This document shows positions 30,442-40,417 of a stretch of DNA of 64,000 bases, piece by piece (position 1 is the stretch's first letter; the number at the start of each line of letters is the position of its first letter). The notes under the pieces are model-generated. The model was not told where the DNA came from. It saw nothing but the letters and a program-made list of their open reading frames with translations, and searched no databases. This stretch comes from Spirochaetia bacterium. GTDB taxonomy: Bacteria; Spirochaetota; Spirochaetia; UBA9216. Location of the stretch: NCBI GenBank assembly GCA_965140585.1, contig OZ223272.1, positions 32,001-96,000 on the forward strand, read 5' to 3'. The translations under genes were made by a program, and so were the position numbers.

Positions 30442-31260
30442 TTATTTATTTAAAGAAAGGAGCTCAATAAGTTTCGAAGCAGCTTTTTTCAAATAGCGGT
30501 TCCGGTTCCAGGCAACACCGGCTTCGATTTCCAGATGCTCCGCAAGCGGGATCACAGCGACAGATTTAAGTTTTTGTGCCAAATCTGCGAAGAAAAAGGT
30601 TACGCCCATTCCTTCTTTAACAAGTCCGGCCACAGTGCCTATCTAACTCGAAGAAAAAACAATTTTCGGGTCAAATTTCAACCTTGCACACTCACTCATA
30701 ATCAGCTTTCTTGTGTACGTGTCTTCATGAAAGAGAATAAAAGATTCATCTTTTAAATCCAGAAGGGAGACCTCCTGTTTACCGGCGAAGCGGTGGGTCA
30801 GCGGCAGACAGACAAGGATTTCTCCCCTGCAGATCAGCCGATGCGCGAGTGAAGGAGCAAGATTTCTGCTTATTAGAATCCCCAGATCGAACTCACCTTT
30901 TTCCAGAAGTGTAGATATACTCAATGAGCCCTCTTCGATGACTTCCATTTCAACCTTTGGATTACTTCTCTGGAATTCAGCCAGTTTTGCGGGAAACAAT
31001 ACACTCATCATCGGTGTTATGCCGATTTGCAAACGGCCCTGAGGCTCATCTGGGTAATCAAACATCATATTTTTCGTTTCTGAAACCAGCGAAAGGATCC
31101 GTTCCACTTGCACGAGCATCTGTCGCCCCTCCTGTGTAATAGAAATCCTTTTGTTGATTCGGTGTAAAAGTGCGAGTCCTAATTCTGCTTCAAGCTGCTC
31201 AATACCGACCGTTACGGACGGCTGAGAAACATTAAGAGATTCAGCGGCTTTGGTGCTGAA
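30442..31260 (-). pseudogene. LysR regulator, 5'-truncated and with an internal stop
   Basis: Frame begins abruptly at TKAAESLNVSQPSVT at the repeat junction; in-frame TAG at 30643-45. Confidence 0.88.
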
Positions 31261-32481
31261 GGCTGCTGCGGAAGCTGCGGCTGAAAAGAAAACTGCAGGC
31301 GCTTTCCTGCTGTTTACAGAGTCTGGAGGCTAAGATAATATTATCGGGATTTACTACTTTTAATAATACATCAGGGATAAATCCCTGATGTAGAATTTCA
31401 CTATAATTCCAGTACAATTGGGAAATTTTTTATTTTAACTGGATTAAACCACCAACATTATCGTTCAAGCTCGTAAGAATATAATAAATCAAGCCGAGAG
31501 CATGATTTATAAAATGGAAATATTGCTAAATTTCTGAAAAATTGATTCTATTTCTTCGCCACAGCCCATCATCTGCATACTCTTCATTTATTAAAAAATA
31601 AATCAACTTTGGTATTCTTTATCGATACAGGAAAATTTAACTGCATGACCTATACACACCTCATAGCGCTCATAAATCCGTTTTCTAACCCCCTCGACAC
31701 CAATTACGAAAGCATTTGCGTCTTCATCTTTTCGATTTCTATTTTCCTCTGCCAATTTGAGCAAGTCACATAGGTGTGGGTGGGGGTTGAGATAAACATC
31801 ACAGTTATTTGCTTTACAATATTCCCAGGTCTGTACACAACTATCAGCAAAAAGTAATGCCTGAGAAACAGCCCATTGAACACTGTAAGGGTAACCGTCC
31901 TTTCCCGGATACACACCAGGTCCGAATACACCATACCCCCCAAAAAACATAATTCTATGTTTTTGCCCTCTATCCATAACTTCAAAGGAATAATTTAAGC
32001 ATCCAGGAGTATGTCCCGGCGCAGATAATACTTCAATTTTGTGTTCTCCAAAAGTAAAGACATCACCATCATCAACGAACTTTGTGATATGAGGCATCCT
32101 CTGCTCTTCCTGTTCACGGTTATCAACTGCCCAGACCATAAACGAAGCATCTTCTTTACTTAGAGCTACTTCACAACCGGTTCTAATGCGGACTTTATCG
32201 GCCCCCATATAATGATCAAAATGGCCATGTGTTATAAACAGTGTTAATATTTTCTCATTTTCAAATCCAAGTTTTTTTAATCCCGGAATCAGAAATTCAT
32301 CATCTGCACCGTATTTATCCATGGCTTCAAACAAGATAAGGCCTTCGTTGGTTTTTAAAATATAAAAACCGACCAACTTGTTCCCTACAAAGAAAAAATC
32401 ATCAAAAAGTTTAACTGGTTCGATCGGTTGGAATAAGGATGGATCGAAATCATGTTTTACATTGTTGTCAGAGGCTGCCAT
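31245..32481. repeat. Direct repeat copy 2 (slyD 3' fragment + intergenic + MBL gene)
   Basis: Matches 13363-14599. Confidence 0.95.
31603..32481 (-). CDS. MBL-fold metallo-hydrolase, copy 2
   Basis: 292 aa; about 13 substitutions versus copy 1 by manual comparison. Confidence 0.9.
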   Translation of the reverse strand: MAASDNNVKHDFDPSLFQPIEPVKLFDDFFFVGNKLVGFYILKTNEGLILFEAMDKYGADDEFLIPGLKKLGFENEKILTLFITHGHFDHYMGADKVRIRTGCEVALSKEDASFMVWAVDNREQEEQRMPHITKFVDDGDVFTFGEHKIEVLSAPGHTPGCLNYSFEVMDRGQKHRIMFFGGYGVFGPGVYPGKDGYPYSVQWAVSQALLFADSCVQTWEYCKANNCDVYLNPHPHLCDLLKLAEENRNRKDEDANAFVIGVEGVRKRIYERYEVCIGHAVKFSCIDKEYQS

Positions 32482-32522
32482 TATGCAATTTTCTCCTTAT
32501 TATAAATAGTCTGAAAATAAGA

Positions 32523-32553
32523 TGACCCTCCCCGGATTATCCGGGTCGGGTCA
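32523..32553 (-). terminator. Hairpin after the SLC13 gene
   Basis: TGACCC-TC-CCCGGA-TTA-TCCGGG-TC-GGGTCA. Confidence 0.55.
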
Positions 32554-32599
32554 AAGATAGATTTGATTGTATGGTTCTTCAATCAAAATATTGATTTGG

Positions 32600-33892
32600 T
32601 TAGTGTATGCTGAAATAAAACGGAATCCATATAATCGAAACTATAGCAGACAATGCAATTACCGGAGCACTGAATTTTATCATTTCTTTCATACTATATC
32701 CCCCAAGCTGGTATGCTACCAGAGAACTTGGCGAAGAAAGCGGAGTCCCGAAACTTGCAAGAGCGGAACCGTCAATTGCACATACAAGAGGTGCCGCATT
32801 TATTCCATGCTGCATACCTGCAACTATGGCAATTGGGGTAAAAATGTTAATCAAACCCATGTTATCCAAAAATTGAGTCAATATGACAAGGATGACAAAT
32901 AGTCCGGCAATTACTACAATTAAGCTGCCGCTGCTGAAGATACCTGACATGGCGATCGCAAGCATCTCACCCGCACCGCTTTTTCCTATAGCCGTTACCA
33001 ACGCAAGCATAAGTCCCATAAAAAAGATCAATGGCCAATGAACACTTTTAAATGCTTCGCGCTCAGTCTGTACGCCAATTAGAACACTGATAATTGCTGC
33101 AACTGTAGAAATTAGAGCGATATCCACACCAATCTGCCTGCTGATGCCCATTAAAACCATAGTTGCGAGAAAAAGCACATATATCACTTTTTCCTTCCAG
33201 GGCGGCAGTTCAGATTTTTTTAAAACCGTGTTTTCATGATCAAAAGAATCAGTTTTGGCTAAATGTCTTTTGGGTAACAACTTATAACCAATAAATATTA
33301 CATACAAAAGGACAATGATAGTTCCGGGCAATCTGGATAAACTTAGATCCCAGAAACCCAATTCACCTACGCCTCCAACATTTGCAATTATTTGGTTTTT
33401 CATCAGGAACATACTTGCAGCTGAGCCAATCGGAAGAGCCATTAAGCCGGCCTGTGCCCCTACTGAAGCCGGCAGAACGAGTATAGTCGGTGATATATCT
33501 ACTTCATCAGCAAGAGCAATAAGGAGCGGCAATACTGTAATCATTGAAGTAACTCCACCGATAAACTGACATAAGATGAAGGGAATTACAGTAGCAGCCA
33601 CTAACAGGATTCTCACACTGCCGCCTTTAAAATTCCGAATCAACCCGGCAATATTAACAAGTATATTTGTTTTTAAAAGAGCTCCTACGAGAATCATCAT
33701 GCCTACCATAACTATGATATTTCGACTGACAAAATTTTCAAATACTTCTGTTGTATTTAAAACCCCCGTCACCCATAAAAACGCAACACTGATAGCAGTT
33801 GCTACTGAAGCCGGGAGCTTCCCAGTCAACAACATTACTGCAACAAATACAAAAGCTGCCAATGTAAAAATCAAATCTAAATTACCTTCCAT
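32600..33892 (-). CDS. SLC13/CitMHS-type (IT superfamily) permease
   Basis: Multi-TM; AFKSVHWPLIF, LTQFLDN, ASFGTPLSSP..GGYSMKE. Confidence 0.85.
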   Translation of the reverse strand: MEGNLDLIFTLAAFVFVAVMLLTGKLPASVATAISVAFLWVTGVLNTTEVFENFVSRNIIVMVGMMILVGALLKTNILVNIAGLIRNFKGGSVRILLVAATVIPFILCQFIGGVTSMITVLPLLIALADEVDISPTILVLPASVGAQAGLMALPIGSAASMFLMKNQIIANVGGVGELGFWDLSLSRLPGTIIVLLYVIFIGYKLLPKRHLAKTDSFDHENTVLKKSELPPWKEKVIYVLFLATMVLMGISRQIGVDIALISTVAAIISVLIGVQTEREAFKSVHWPLIFFMGLMLALVTAIGKSGAGEMLAIAMSGIFSSGSLIVVIAGLFVILVILTQFLDNMGLINIFTPIAIVAGMQHGINAAPLVCAIDGSALASFGTPLSSPSSLVAYQLGGYSMKEMIKFSAPVIALSAIVSIIWIPFYFSIH

Positions 33893-34037
33893 TTTACCTC
33901 CAAATTTTCAGGATTATTATTAATCCTGCCTTATCCTAATTGTGTGAAATGATAAATAATGATTTGCTTAGTCGACCAGCATCTTTATTCGAATCTTACA
34001 TTCACAATATTCAGGTGTCAATTCTGAAAAATATATA

Positions 34038-35258
34038 CTAGTATGACATTTCAGAATGGAATCTTTCAAAATAATTGAAGATTTCAGCAAGAGCGTTTGT
34101 CCATCCGGTTTGATGTGCGCCGCCTCCAACAACCTGATATTCAACAGGTACACCCTTTTTAAGAAGATATGGATATCCCTCTCTGAATGTATATTGTGCA
34201 TCAAATTCATCCTCACTGGATATCAAAAGTAAAAATGCCGTTTTTTTAGACTTTAGATTATCTGTGTCTAAAAAGGTTGCTGTAGTCATACCTCCAGAGC
34301 ACACTGCAGCACGAAAAAAAGGACTTTCAATACACGAAACTTGCTGAAAAATCCCCATGCTTCCGCCGGAATTTCCAAGTGCATACATATTTTTGGAATC
34401 AATATTGTACCTGTTCATTGCATCCTGTATTTGGAGTAATACGGATTTTTCTGCGATATCACACCATTGCTTCTCATTGTCTGTTAAACCGCATGGATTG
34501 GGCGTTGATGGAGAAATCGAACAATATCCCGGAGGTAATTTTGAAGCACCGAAAAAAGTAAATTTACGATAGCTGCAGAGTGATAATAAAATATACCCGT
34601 ATCTTTCCGCATATCGCGAGATTTCATGGCTTGTATGATTGAACATATAGTTTTGATTAGAATCTCCACCATGAAAGCACACTAAGGTCTTATTAGGAGT
34701 GTCAGGGTTGTACGAAAAAGGTATATACATCCGATAGGGGATAATTCTCCGAGCCTCTTCATTCCACAAAGAATAATCCTGGTAACCATAAAATTTAATA
34801 TGCAAACGATCTTCTAGTGCTTTAAGTTTAAATCTGGAAGGAAACGTTTCTGTAACGGGGGCGTCTGAATCGATCGCAATTATTGCAATATTTTCATCTT
34901 GTTCACCTTCCCTATTCATAGAACCGCACATAGCAGAGAAGACATCAATGTATGTTATTCCATTTTCTATAATCACATCTTCTATAGCTAAACTGATCTC
35001 TTTGGTATTTTTCAGCGGATGAGCGTATTTAATACTCACTTGTTTGTCATCTTTTTTAAAATCTAAATATGGTGCATATATGCGGCGTACGTCTTCAGCA
35101 GCCAGATATATCGCTTTCCCTTTTATAAACGGGCTGTAAACCGGCTGATACAGGTATGTATCTAAAAATATCGTTATATTTTTATTTTCTTTAATAAAAA
35201 TTGCATACTGAAAATCATATGCGTATTCTTTCCCCTTCGGTGCTGCAGGTATACTCAT
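34038..35258 (-). CDS. Alpha/beta hydrolase with N-terminal accessory domain
   Basis: PYRMYIP, VCFHGG, GNSGG nucleophile elbow, GGAH. Confidence 0.8.
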   Translation of the reverse strand: MSIPAAPKGKEYAYDFQYAIFIKENKNITIFLDTYLYQPVYSPFIKGKAIYLAAEDVRRIYAPYLDFKKDDKQVSIKYAHPLKNTKEISLAIEDVIIENGITYIDVFSAMCGSMNREGEQDENIAIIAIDSDAPVTETFPSRFKLKALEDRLHIKFYGYQDYSLWNEEARRIIPYRMYIPFSYNPDTPNKTLVCFHGGDSNQNYMFNHTSHEISRYAERYGYILLSLCSYRKFTFFGASKLPPGYCSISPSTPNPCGLTDNEKQWCDIAEKSVLLQIQDAMNRYNIDSKNMYALGNSGGSMGIFQQVSCIESPFFRAAVCSGGMTTATFLDTDNLKSKKTAFLLLISSEDEFDAQYTFREGYPYLLKKGVPVEYQVVGGGAHQTGWTNALAEIFNYFERFHSEMSY

Positions 35259-35284
35259 ACATCCTCCTTTTATATGTGAAATTA

Positions 35285-36673
35285 TTATTCAAGTATTCGT
35301 TTAATTCCTTTTTCAAAATTTTCGTTTCCCGTCAAAGAAATCATTTTCCTTTCTTCCCTACCTATCTCAAATACATTCATTAAGTCTTTATCATACGGCT
35401 CCCATAAATTTTTGTTTGTATAATTAGGATCTCCGGTTTTCATGAAATTCGCCCAGTAATCCGCCAACTCATTTGACAACTCCCAGTCCCGCCCTGTATA
35501 AGGCCGGAAAGAACGGTTCAAAGTCTGAAAAACATAGTGATGTTCAACTGAATGGTGTGCATCGGCAGCTCCGGGAGGGACGTTTGAGAAGTAATACAGG
35601 TAACAGGGTTTTCTGTTGAGACGGTTATTGTTTTCCGCGAAAGCCAGATTATTTATTGTAATTTCAGGGAATTCATCACAGGTTGAGCCTAACATGTAAT
35701 CAATTTCGGGATATTCGCCATTCTTAAAAAGTTCAGTAACAGGTTCGGGGAATAAAGTTCCGTCATCAATCGGAGAGAACCTCATATACCCCCCCATCAG
35801 AGAGGGTGTATCGTTCTCATTAATTCTAACACTGTTGAAACGCGAGCAGGCTTCAAGAATATCACCGGAAGATAACTTTCTGGCTTCTGATATTGATGAA
35901 ACACTCAGCATCTTAAAAAAGTGTGCCCCGACCTCTTCTGCCCGCTCTAAAGAAGAAGACCAATATGAATAAACTTTTCGTATACCTCCACCGCTCTGCA
36001 TTATCGCACGATGAAATAAGCCTTTGCTTGCTGGAGCAACACAGAGGTTTGCAACACTGGATGCCCCTCCGCTTTGCCCAAACAGAGTAATGCATTCGGG
36101 GTCACCACCAAAGGCTATAATATTCTCTTTAACCCAGTTCAAAGCTGCAATCTGATCTTTAACACCATAATTACCTGAAACACCGTTTTGCTCGGCACTT
36201 AACTCAGGATGCGCTAAATAACCGAAAACATTCAATCGATAAGCGATTGTAACCATAATTACACCCCGCTTGCAAAACCCCTCTCCATCATAACAATTCA
36301 GGTAACTATAACCGCTCTGATGCCCCCCGCCGTGGATATAAACAGCTACCGGCAGTTTTTCTTCAGGGGCTTTCGCCGGAGTCCAGATATTCAAGTAAAG
36401 GCAATCTTCACTTTTGTCATAGTTGCCGACATAAAATTCTGTAGAAACTATGCCGCCGCCTTCTGAAGCCTTTTCTTCCTGCATTGCCTTTGGACCAAAC
36501 TTGTAACATTGGCGAACTCCCTCCCAGGGCTTAACCGGCTGAGGGTCTTTCCATCGGAAATCCCCCACTGGAGGCTCTGCAAACGGTACACCGCGGAAGA
36601 CAGAAAACATTTGATTGGATGCAGGCAAACCTTCTACCAACCCTGCAGTTGTTTTCGCTTTAATTAATGCCAT
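35285..36673 (-). CDS. Type-B carboxylesterase
   Basis: FRGVPFAEPPVG, SEDCLYLNIW, HGGG, FGQSGG, FMKTGDPN. Confidence 0.93.
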   Translation of the reverse strand: MALIKAKTTAGLVEGLPASNQMFSVFRGVPFAEPPVGDFRWKDPQPVKPWEGVRQCYKFGPKAMQEEKASEGGGIVSTEFYVGNYDKSEDCLYLNIWTPAKAPEEKLPVAVYIHGGGHQSGYSYLNCYDGEGFCKRGVIMVTIAYRLNVFGYLAHPELSAEQNGVSGNYGVKDQIAALNWVKENIIAFGGDPECITLFGQSGGASSVANLCVAPASKGLFHRAIMQSGGGIRKVYSYWSSSLERAEEVGAHFFKMLSVSSISEARKLSSGDILEACSRFNSVRINENDTPSLMGGYMRFSPIDDGTLFPEPVTELFKNGEYPEIDYMLGSTCDEFPEITINNLAFAENNNRLNRKPCYLYYFSNVPPGAADAHHSVEHHYVFQTLNRSFRPYTGRDWELSNELADYWANFMKTGDPNYTNKNLWEPYDKDLMNVFEIGREERKMISLTGNENFEKGIKRILE

Positions 36674-36779
36674 GCGTCCTCCTTATCTTTAAACTATTAA
36701 TTTATATCATCATATGATCACGCTGGCTATCATCCAATTTTCATGGTAGTATAACTAAATCTTCATCTGATAAGGTGGT

Positions 36780-37691
36780 TTGATTTTGGATACTCGGCTT
36801 CTTGAATATTTTCTGACCCTTTGCGAACAAGAACACATTTCAAGTACAGCAGCAGTTTTAGGAATCTCTCAGCCTGCATTAAGCAAAAGTATTTCAAAAT
36901 TAGAAGAAGAAATTGGCATTAAACTATTTGATCGTCATAAAAATCATATCAGGATTAATGATTATGGAAGAATATTTGCCGAACGTGCAAGAAACATTCT
37001 CGCGGAACTACGAAACGGAATTGATGAAATACACCAATCAAAATATGATTACTGCGGAGAGATCAGAATCATCTGCCGAGCATTTGTTGACAGTATCAAC
37101 GACTGCATTTTAGCCTATTGCAAATTGAATCCAAGGATAAAAATTAATATTACTCAATCCGGTGATTCTGAGAACAACTTCGGTAAACAACCTGACTTTA
37201 TTTTAACAACTCAATATGATTCGATTCTAAGCACCAAAGGAGATCTTGTATGGCTCCCTCACCCACTATTATCTGAGTCATATCGAATTCTGATTTCCCC
37301 TAGATATCGCAAATATTCGGGGGATGTGACATCACTCTCTATAAAAGAACTGGAAGATGATTTATTTGTTATCTTACCTGAAGTCACAGTTTTTTATACC
37401 GACATAACTTACAAGCTAAGCAAAGCTGCCGGGTTTTCTCCGAAAATCATCTGCAAAACTGAAGACTTTATAACCAAAATGCGGTTCGTAGATTCTGGAT
37501 TAGGCATCTGTATACTGCCTGAATGCTGCTTAAGAATTGCTGAGCAAATTTCTCCTGACATCCAAATTTTCAATATAAAAGATTTTAATACACAGAGGAC
37601 TTTATTTCTGTTAAGTCAGAATGAATCCATGATGTCCGAATGCTCTGCTGATTTCTTGGATTATGTGAAGGAATATTATTGCACACTGTAG
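36780..37691 (+). CDS. LysR family regulator (paralog of 19109-20014)
   Basis: GISQPALSKSI HTH; shares TYK...AGF.P and ILPE.CL with the first LysR. Confidence 0.92.
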   Translation: MILDTRLLEYFLTLCEQEHISSTAAVLGISQPALSKSISKLEEEIGIKLFDRHKNHIRINDYGRIFAERARNILAELRNGIDEIHQSKYDYCGEIRIICRAFVDSINDCILAYCKLNPRIKINITQSGDSENNFGKQPDFILTTQYDSILSTKGDLVWLPHPLLSESYRILISPRYRKYSGDVTSLSIKELEDDLFVILPEVTVFYTDITYKLSKAAGFSPKIICKTEDFITKMRFVDSGLGICILPECCLRIAEQISPDIQIFNIKDFNTQRTLFLLSQNESMMSECSADFLDYVKEYYCTL

Positions 37692-37992
37692 ATTCTATTC
37701 TGGATAGCCACTTGTCAATAGTAACACTACGCAAGTCATATGAAGTCTACCCTGTAGGCTATAGTAGTTTTATTGCTTAACAATTTTTGGCATGTAACGG
37801 ATTATATTGCTTTCCGAATCCCAGCATAAAGCCGCTTTCACTAAGGAACAATAAAATATTTATTTAAATAGCAAACTTCACACCAAACCAAATCCTTATC
37901 AAACTTATAATATTTATCCTTTTTCCTTGACCCCTCAATGCTCAGTAATTAAATTCAATATAGATTTAACTATAAAGAGGGGTAAATATATA

Positions 37993-40371
37993 ATGAATAT
38001 GTTAACCGAAAACAGACTACCTGTTCTTCCCCTCAAAGGCACCGTGCTGATGCATGGGGGACAGACTGAACTAATTATTACAGGTACGGCATCGGCATTA
38101 TTTGACCGAATGACTCGTTCAGGACAGCATAACGCCATTGCTGTCACAATTAAAGATTATGATGAAAACAAAAATTTAAAAGAAGAGGACTTCCACAGGA
38201 CAGGAGTCTTTGTAAACATAACCGCAGCAATAAAGGGTGATGATCACATCAAACTCAAAATGGATCTAATTGAAAGGGCATATATCAAAGAGTTTTTCTT
38301 TGAAGATTCCGATGTCTATGCCGGTTATGAGCTGCAGCCCGACACACCCGATCTTTCTGATGTTGAGCAGCTCGAAATGCTCGATTATATGAAGAAACTT
38401 GCACATGAAATTGCTGAAAACTTCCGCGGTTCTGTTTCGATGCTGAAAATTCTTGACCGCATTGATACTGTTACTAAAATGATCGGGTTTTCGGTACAGT
38501 ATCTGAGTATGACAATCGCTGAAAAGCAGGAATTACTTGAAGAACGCTCGCTGCATAAACGGGGTATCAAGTTTATTGATGATCTGCTGAAACAGAAGGA
38601 ATCAGTTAAACTGCAGATCGAGATGGCCCAGAAATTCAATGAGAACACAAACAACCAGTATCGAAAGGCCATGCTGCGTGAACAGCTGAAAGAGATACAG
38701 AAGGAGCTCAACGAAGACAGTCCGTCAAAGAAAAAGAAAGACTACCGTCAGATGATAAACGAGGCGGAACTTCCCGAGGATATCCGAACCTCTGCACTTG
38801 AGGAAGTGGACAAGCTTGAAGCTCAGGGTCCGAACGGTCATGAAGAGGGAATGATCAGAACATATCTTGATCTTATTCTTTCCCTCCCCTGGTTTAAGGG
38901 ACCTGAAAAAGCAATTGACCTTGAAAAGGCCAGAAAGATCCTGGATGAACAGCATTACGGCCTTGATAAAGTGAAGGAAAGAATAATCCAGCATCTTGCT
39001 GTTCTCAAACTTACTGATAAAAAACGCGGAACAATACTTCTTCTTGAAGGACCTCCCGGAACAGGAAAAACCAGCCTTGGAAGAAGCATAGCGGAAGCCC
39101 TCGGTAGAAAGTACGTGAGAATAAGTCTGGGCGGAGTAAAAGATGAAGCTGAAATACGGGGACACAGACGTACCTATATCGGAGCTCTGCCGGGCAGGGT
39201 TATAAGCGGAATGAAGAAGGCAGGAGAGAAAGACCCTGTATTTGTACTTGATGAAATAGACAAGCTGATGGCCGCATACAACGGTGATCCTGCAAGCGCA
39301 CTGCTTGAAGTGCTGGATCCGGAGCAGAACAACAGTTTTACAGATCATTACCTCGATCTACCCTACGATCTTTCAGACGTTTTCTTTATCGCAACGGCAA
39401 ATTCCGTAAGCTCCATTCCGGGACCGCTTCTGGACAGGATGGAAGTTATATCAATCTCAAGCTATACAAATCTTGAGAAATATCACATCGCGGTTGACCA
39501 TTTAATTCCTGAAGTTCTTGAAGAACACGGAATAACCGCAGATCAGCTTCAGTTTGAAGAATCTGCAGTAAATGCGGTAATCTCAGATTACACCAGGGAA
39601 GCCGGAGTACGAGGACTAAAAAAGAAGCTTGCAGCGGTGGCAAGAAAGGCCACTGAAAAAATTGCAGCGGAGGGGCCTGAAACAAAGATTTCAGTAAAGG
39701 CAGAAGACCTTGAGGAAATTCTGGGACACAAGACTGTAAGACTGGAAGATGCCCTTAAGCACATAACTCCGGGTATTGTTACCGGTCTGGCATGGACACC
39801 AGTTGGCGGAGATATTCTGTTTATAGAGAGTACCTTCATGCCCGGCAGCGGGGAACTGATACTGACCGGTCAGCTTGGCGATGTCATGAAGGAATCTGCA
39901 AGGATTTCAGTAAGCCTTATACGCTCAAGAATGGCGAATCAGATTCATCACTTTAAATTTAATGAGAATGATCTGCATATTCATGTACCCTCAGGAAGCA
40001 CCCCGAAGGACGGTCCGTCAGCAGGTATAACTCTATTCACATCGCTGGCTTCGCTTCTTACAGGAAAAACTGTGGATCCTGAAACAGCGATGACCGGAGA
40101 GATAACCCTTCGCGGTTCTGTTCTGCCTGTTGGCGGAATAAAAGAAAAAGTCCTTGCGGCGCACAGGGCTGGAATAAAGAAGATAATAATGTCTGCCGAA
40201 AACAGGCAGGACCTGAAGGATATTCCCGAAGAGGTCCGCGAGAGCCTTGAGTTTGTTTTTATAGAGACCATTGAGGATCTTATAAAGGAAGCACTGGATA
40301 TTGAACTACCCGGACCCCAGATTCTCTACATGCACAGTGATAGCACAAAAAACGTAAATTTTTCCAATTAA
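37993..40371 (+). CDS. lon: ATP-dependent Lon protease
   Basis: GPPGTGKTS, RGHRRTYIGA, PKDGPSAG; start at ATG 37993 after GAGGGG. Confidence 0.95.
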   Translation: MNMLTENRLPVLPLKGTVLMHGGQTELIITGTASALFDRMTRSGQHNAIAVTIKDYDENKNLKEEDFHRTGVFVNITAAIKGDDHIKLKMDLIERAYIKEFFFEDSDVYAGYELQPDTPDLSDVEQLEMLDYMKKLAHEIAENFRGSVSMLKILDRIDTVTKMIGFSVQYLSMTIAEKQELLEERSLHKRGIKFIDDLLKQKESVKLQIEMAQKFNENTNNQYRKAMLREQLKEIQKELNEDSPSKKKKDYRQMINEAELPEDIRTSALEEVDKLEAQGPNGHEEGMIRTYLDLILSLPWFKGPEKAIDLEKARKILDEQHYGLDKVKERIIQHLAVLKLTDKKRGTILLLEGPPGTGKTSLGRSIAEALGRKYVRISLGGVKDEAEIRGHRRTYIGALPGRVISGMKKAGEKDPVFVLDEIDKLMAAYNGDPASALLEVLDPEQNNSFTDHYLDLPYDLSDVFFIATANSVSSIPGPLLDRMEVISISSYTNLEKYHIAVDHLIPEVLEEHGITADQLQFEESAVNAVISDYTREAGVRGLKKKLAAVARKATEKIAAEGPETKISVKAEDLEEILGHKTVRLEDALKHITPGIVTGLAWTPVGGDILFIESTFMPGSGELILTGQLGDVMKESARISVSLIRSRMANQIHHFKFNENDLHIHVPSGSTPKDGPSAGITLFTSLASLLTGKTVDPETAMTGEITLRGSVLPVGGIKEKVLAAHRAGIKKIIMSAENRQDLKDIPEEVRESLEFVFIETIEDLIKEALDIELPGPQILYMHSDSTKNVNFSN

Positions 40372-40417
40372 CTTATCCCCTCCGGTATGCTATGATCATA
40401 CCGGAGATTTATTACCG

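Noticed and set aside
13403-31244. Prophage or ICE interpretation of the repeat-bounded segment
   Set aside because: No integrase, phage structural, relaxase or T4SS genes were seen
38725-39348. 207-aa minus-strand ORF
   Set aside because: Antisense to the conserved lon AAA+ region
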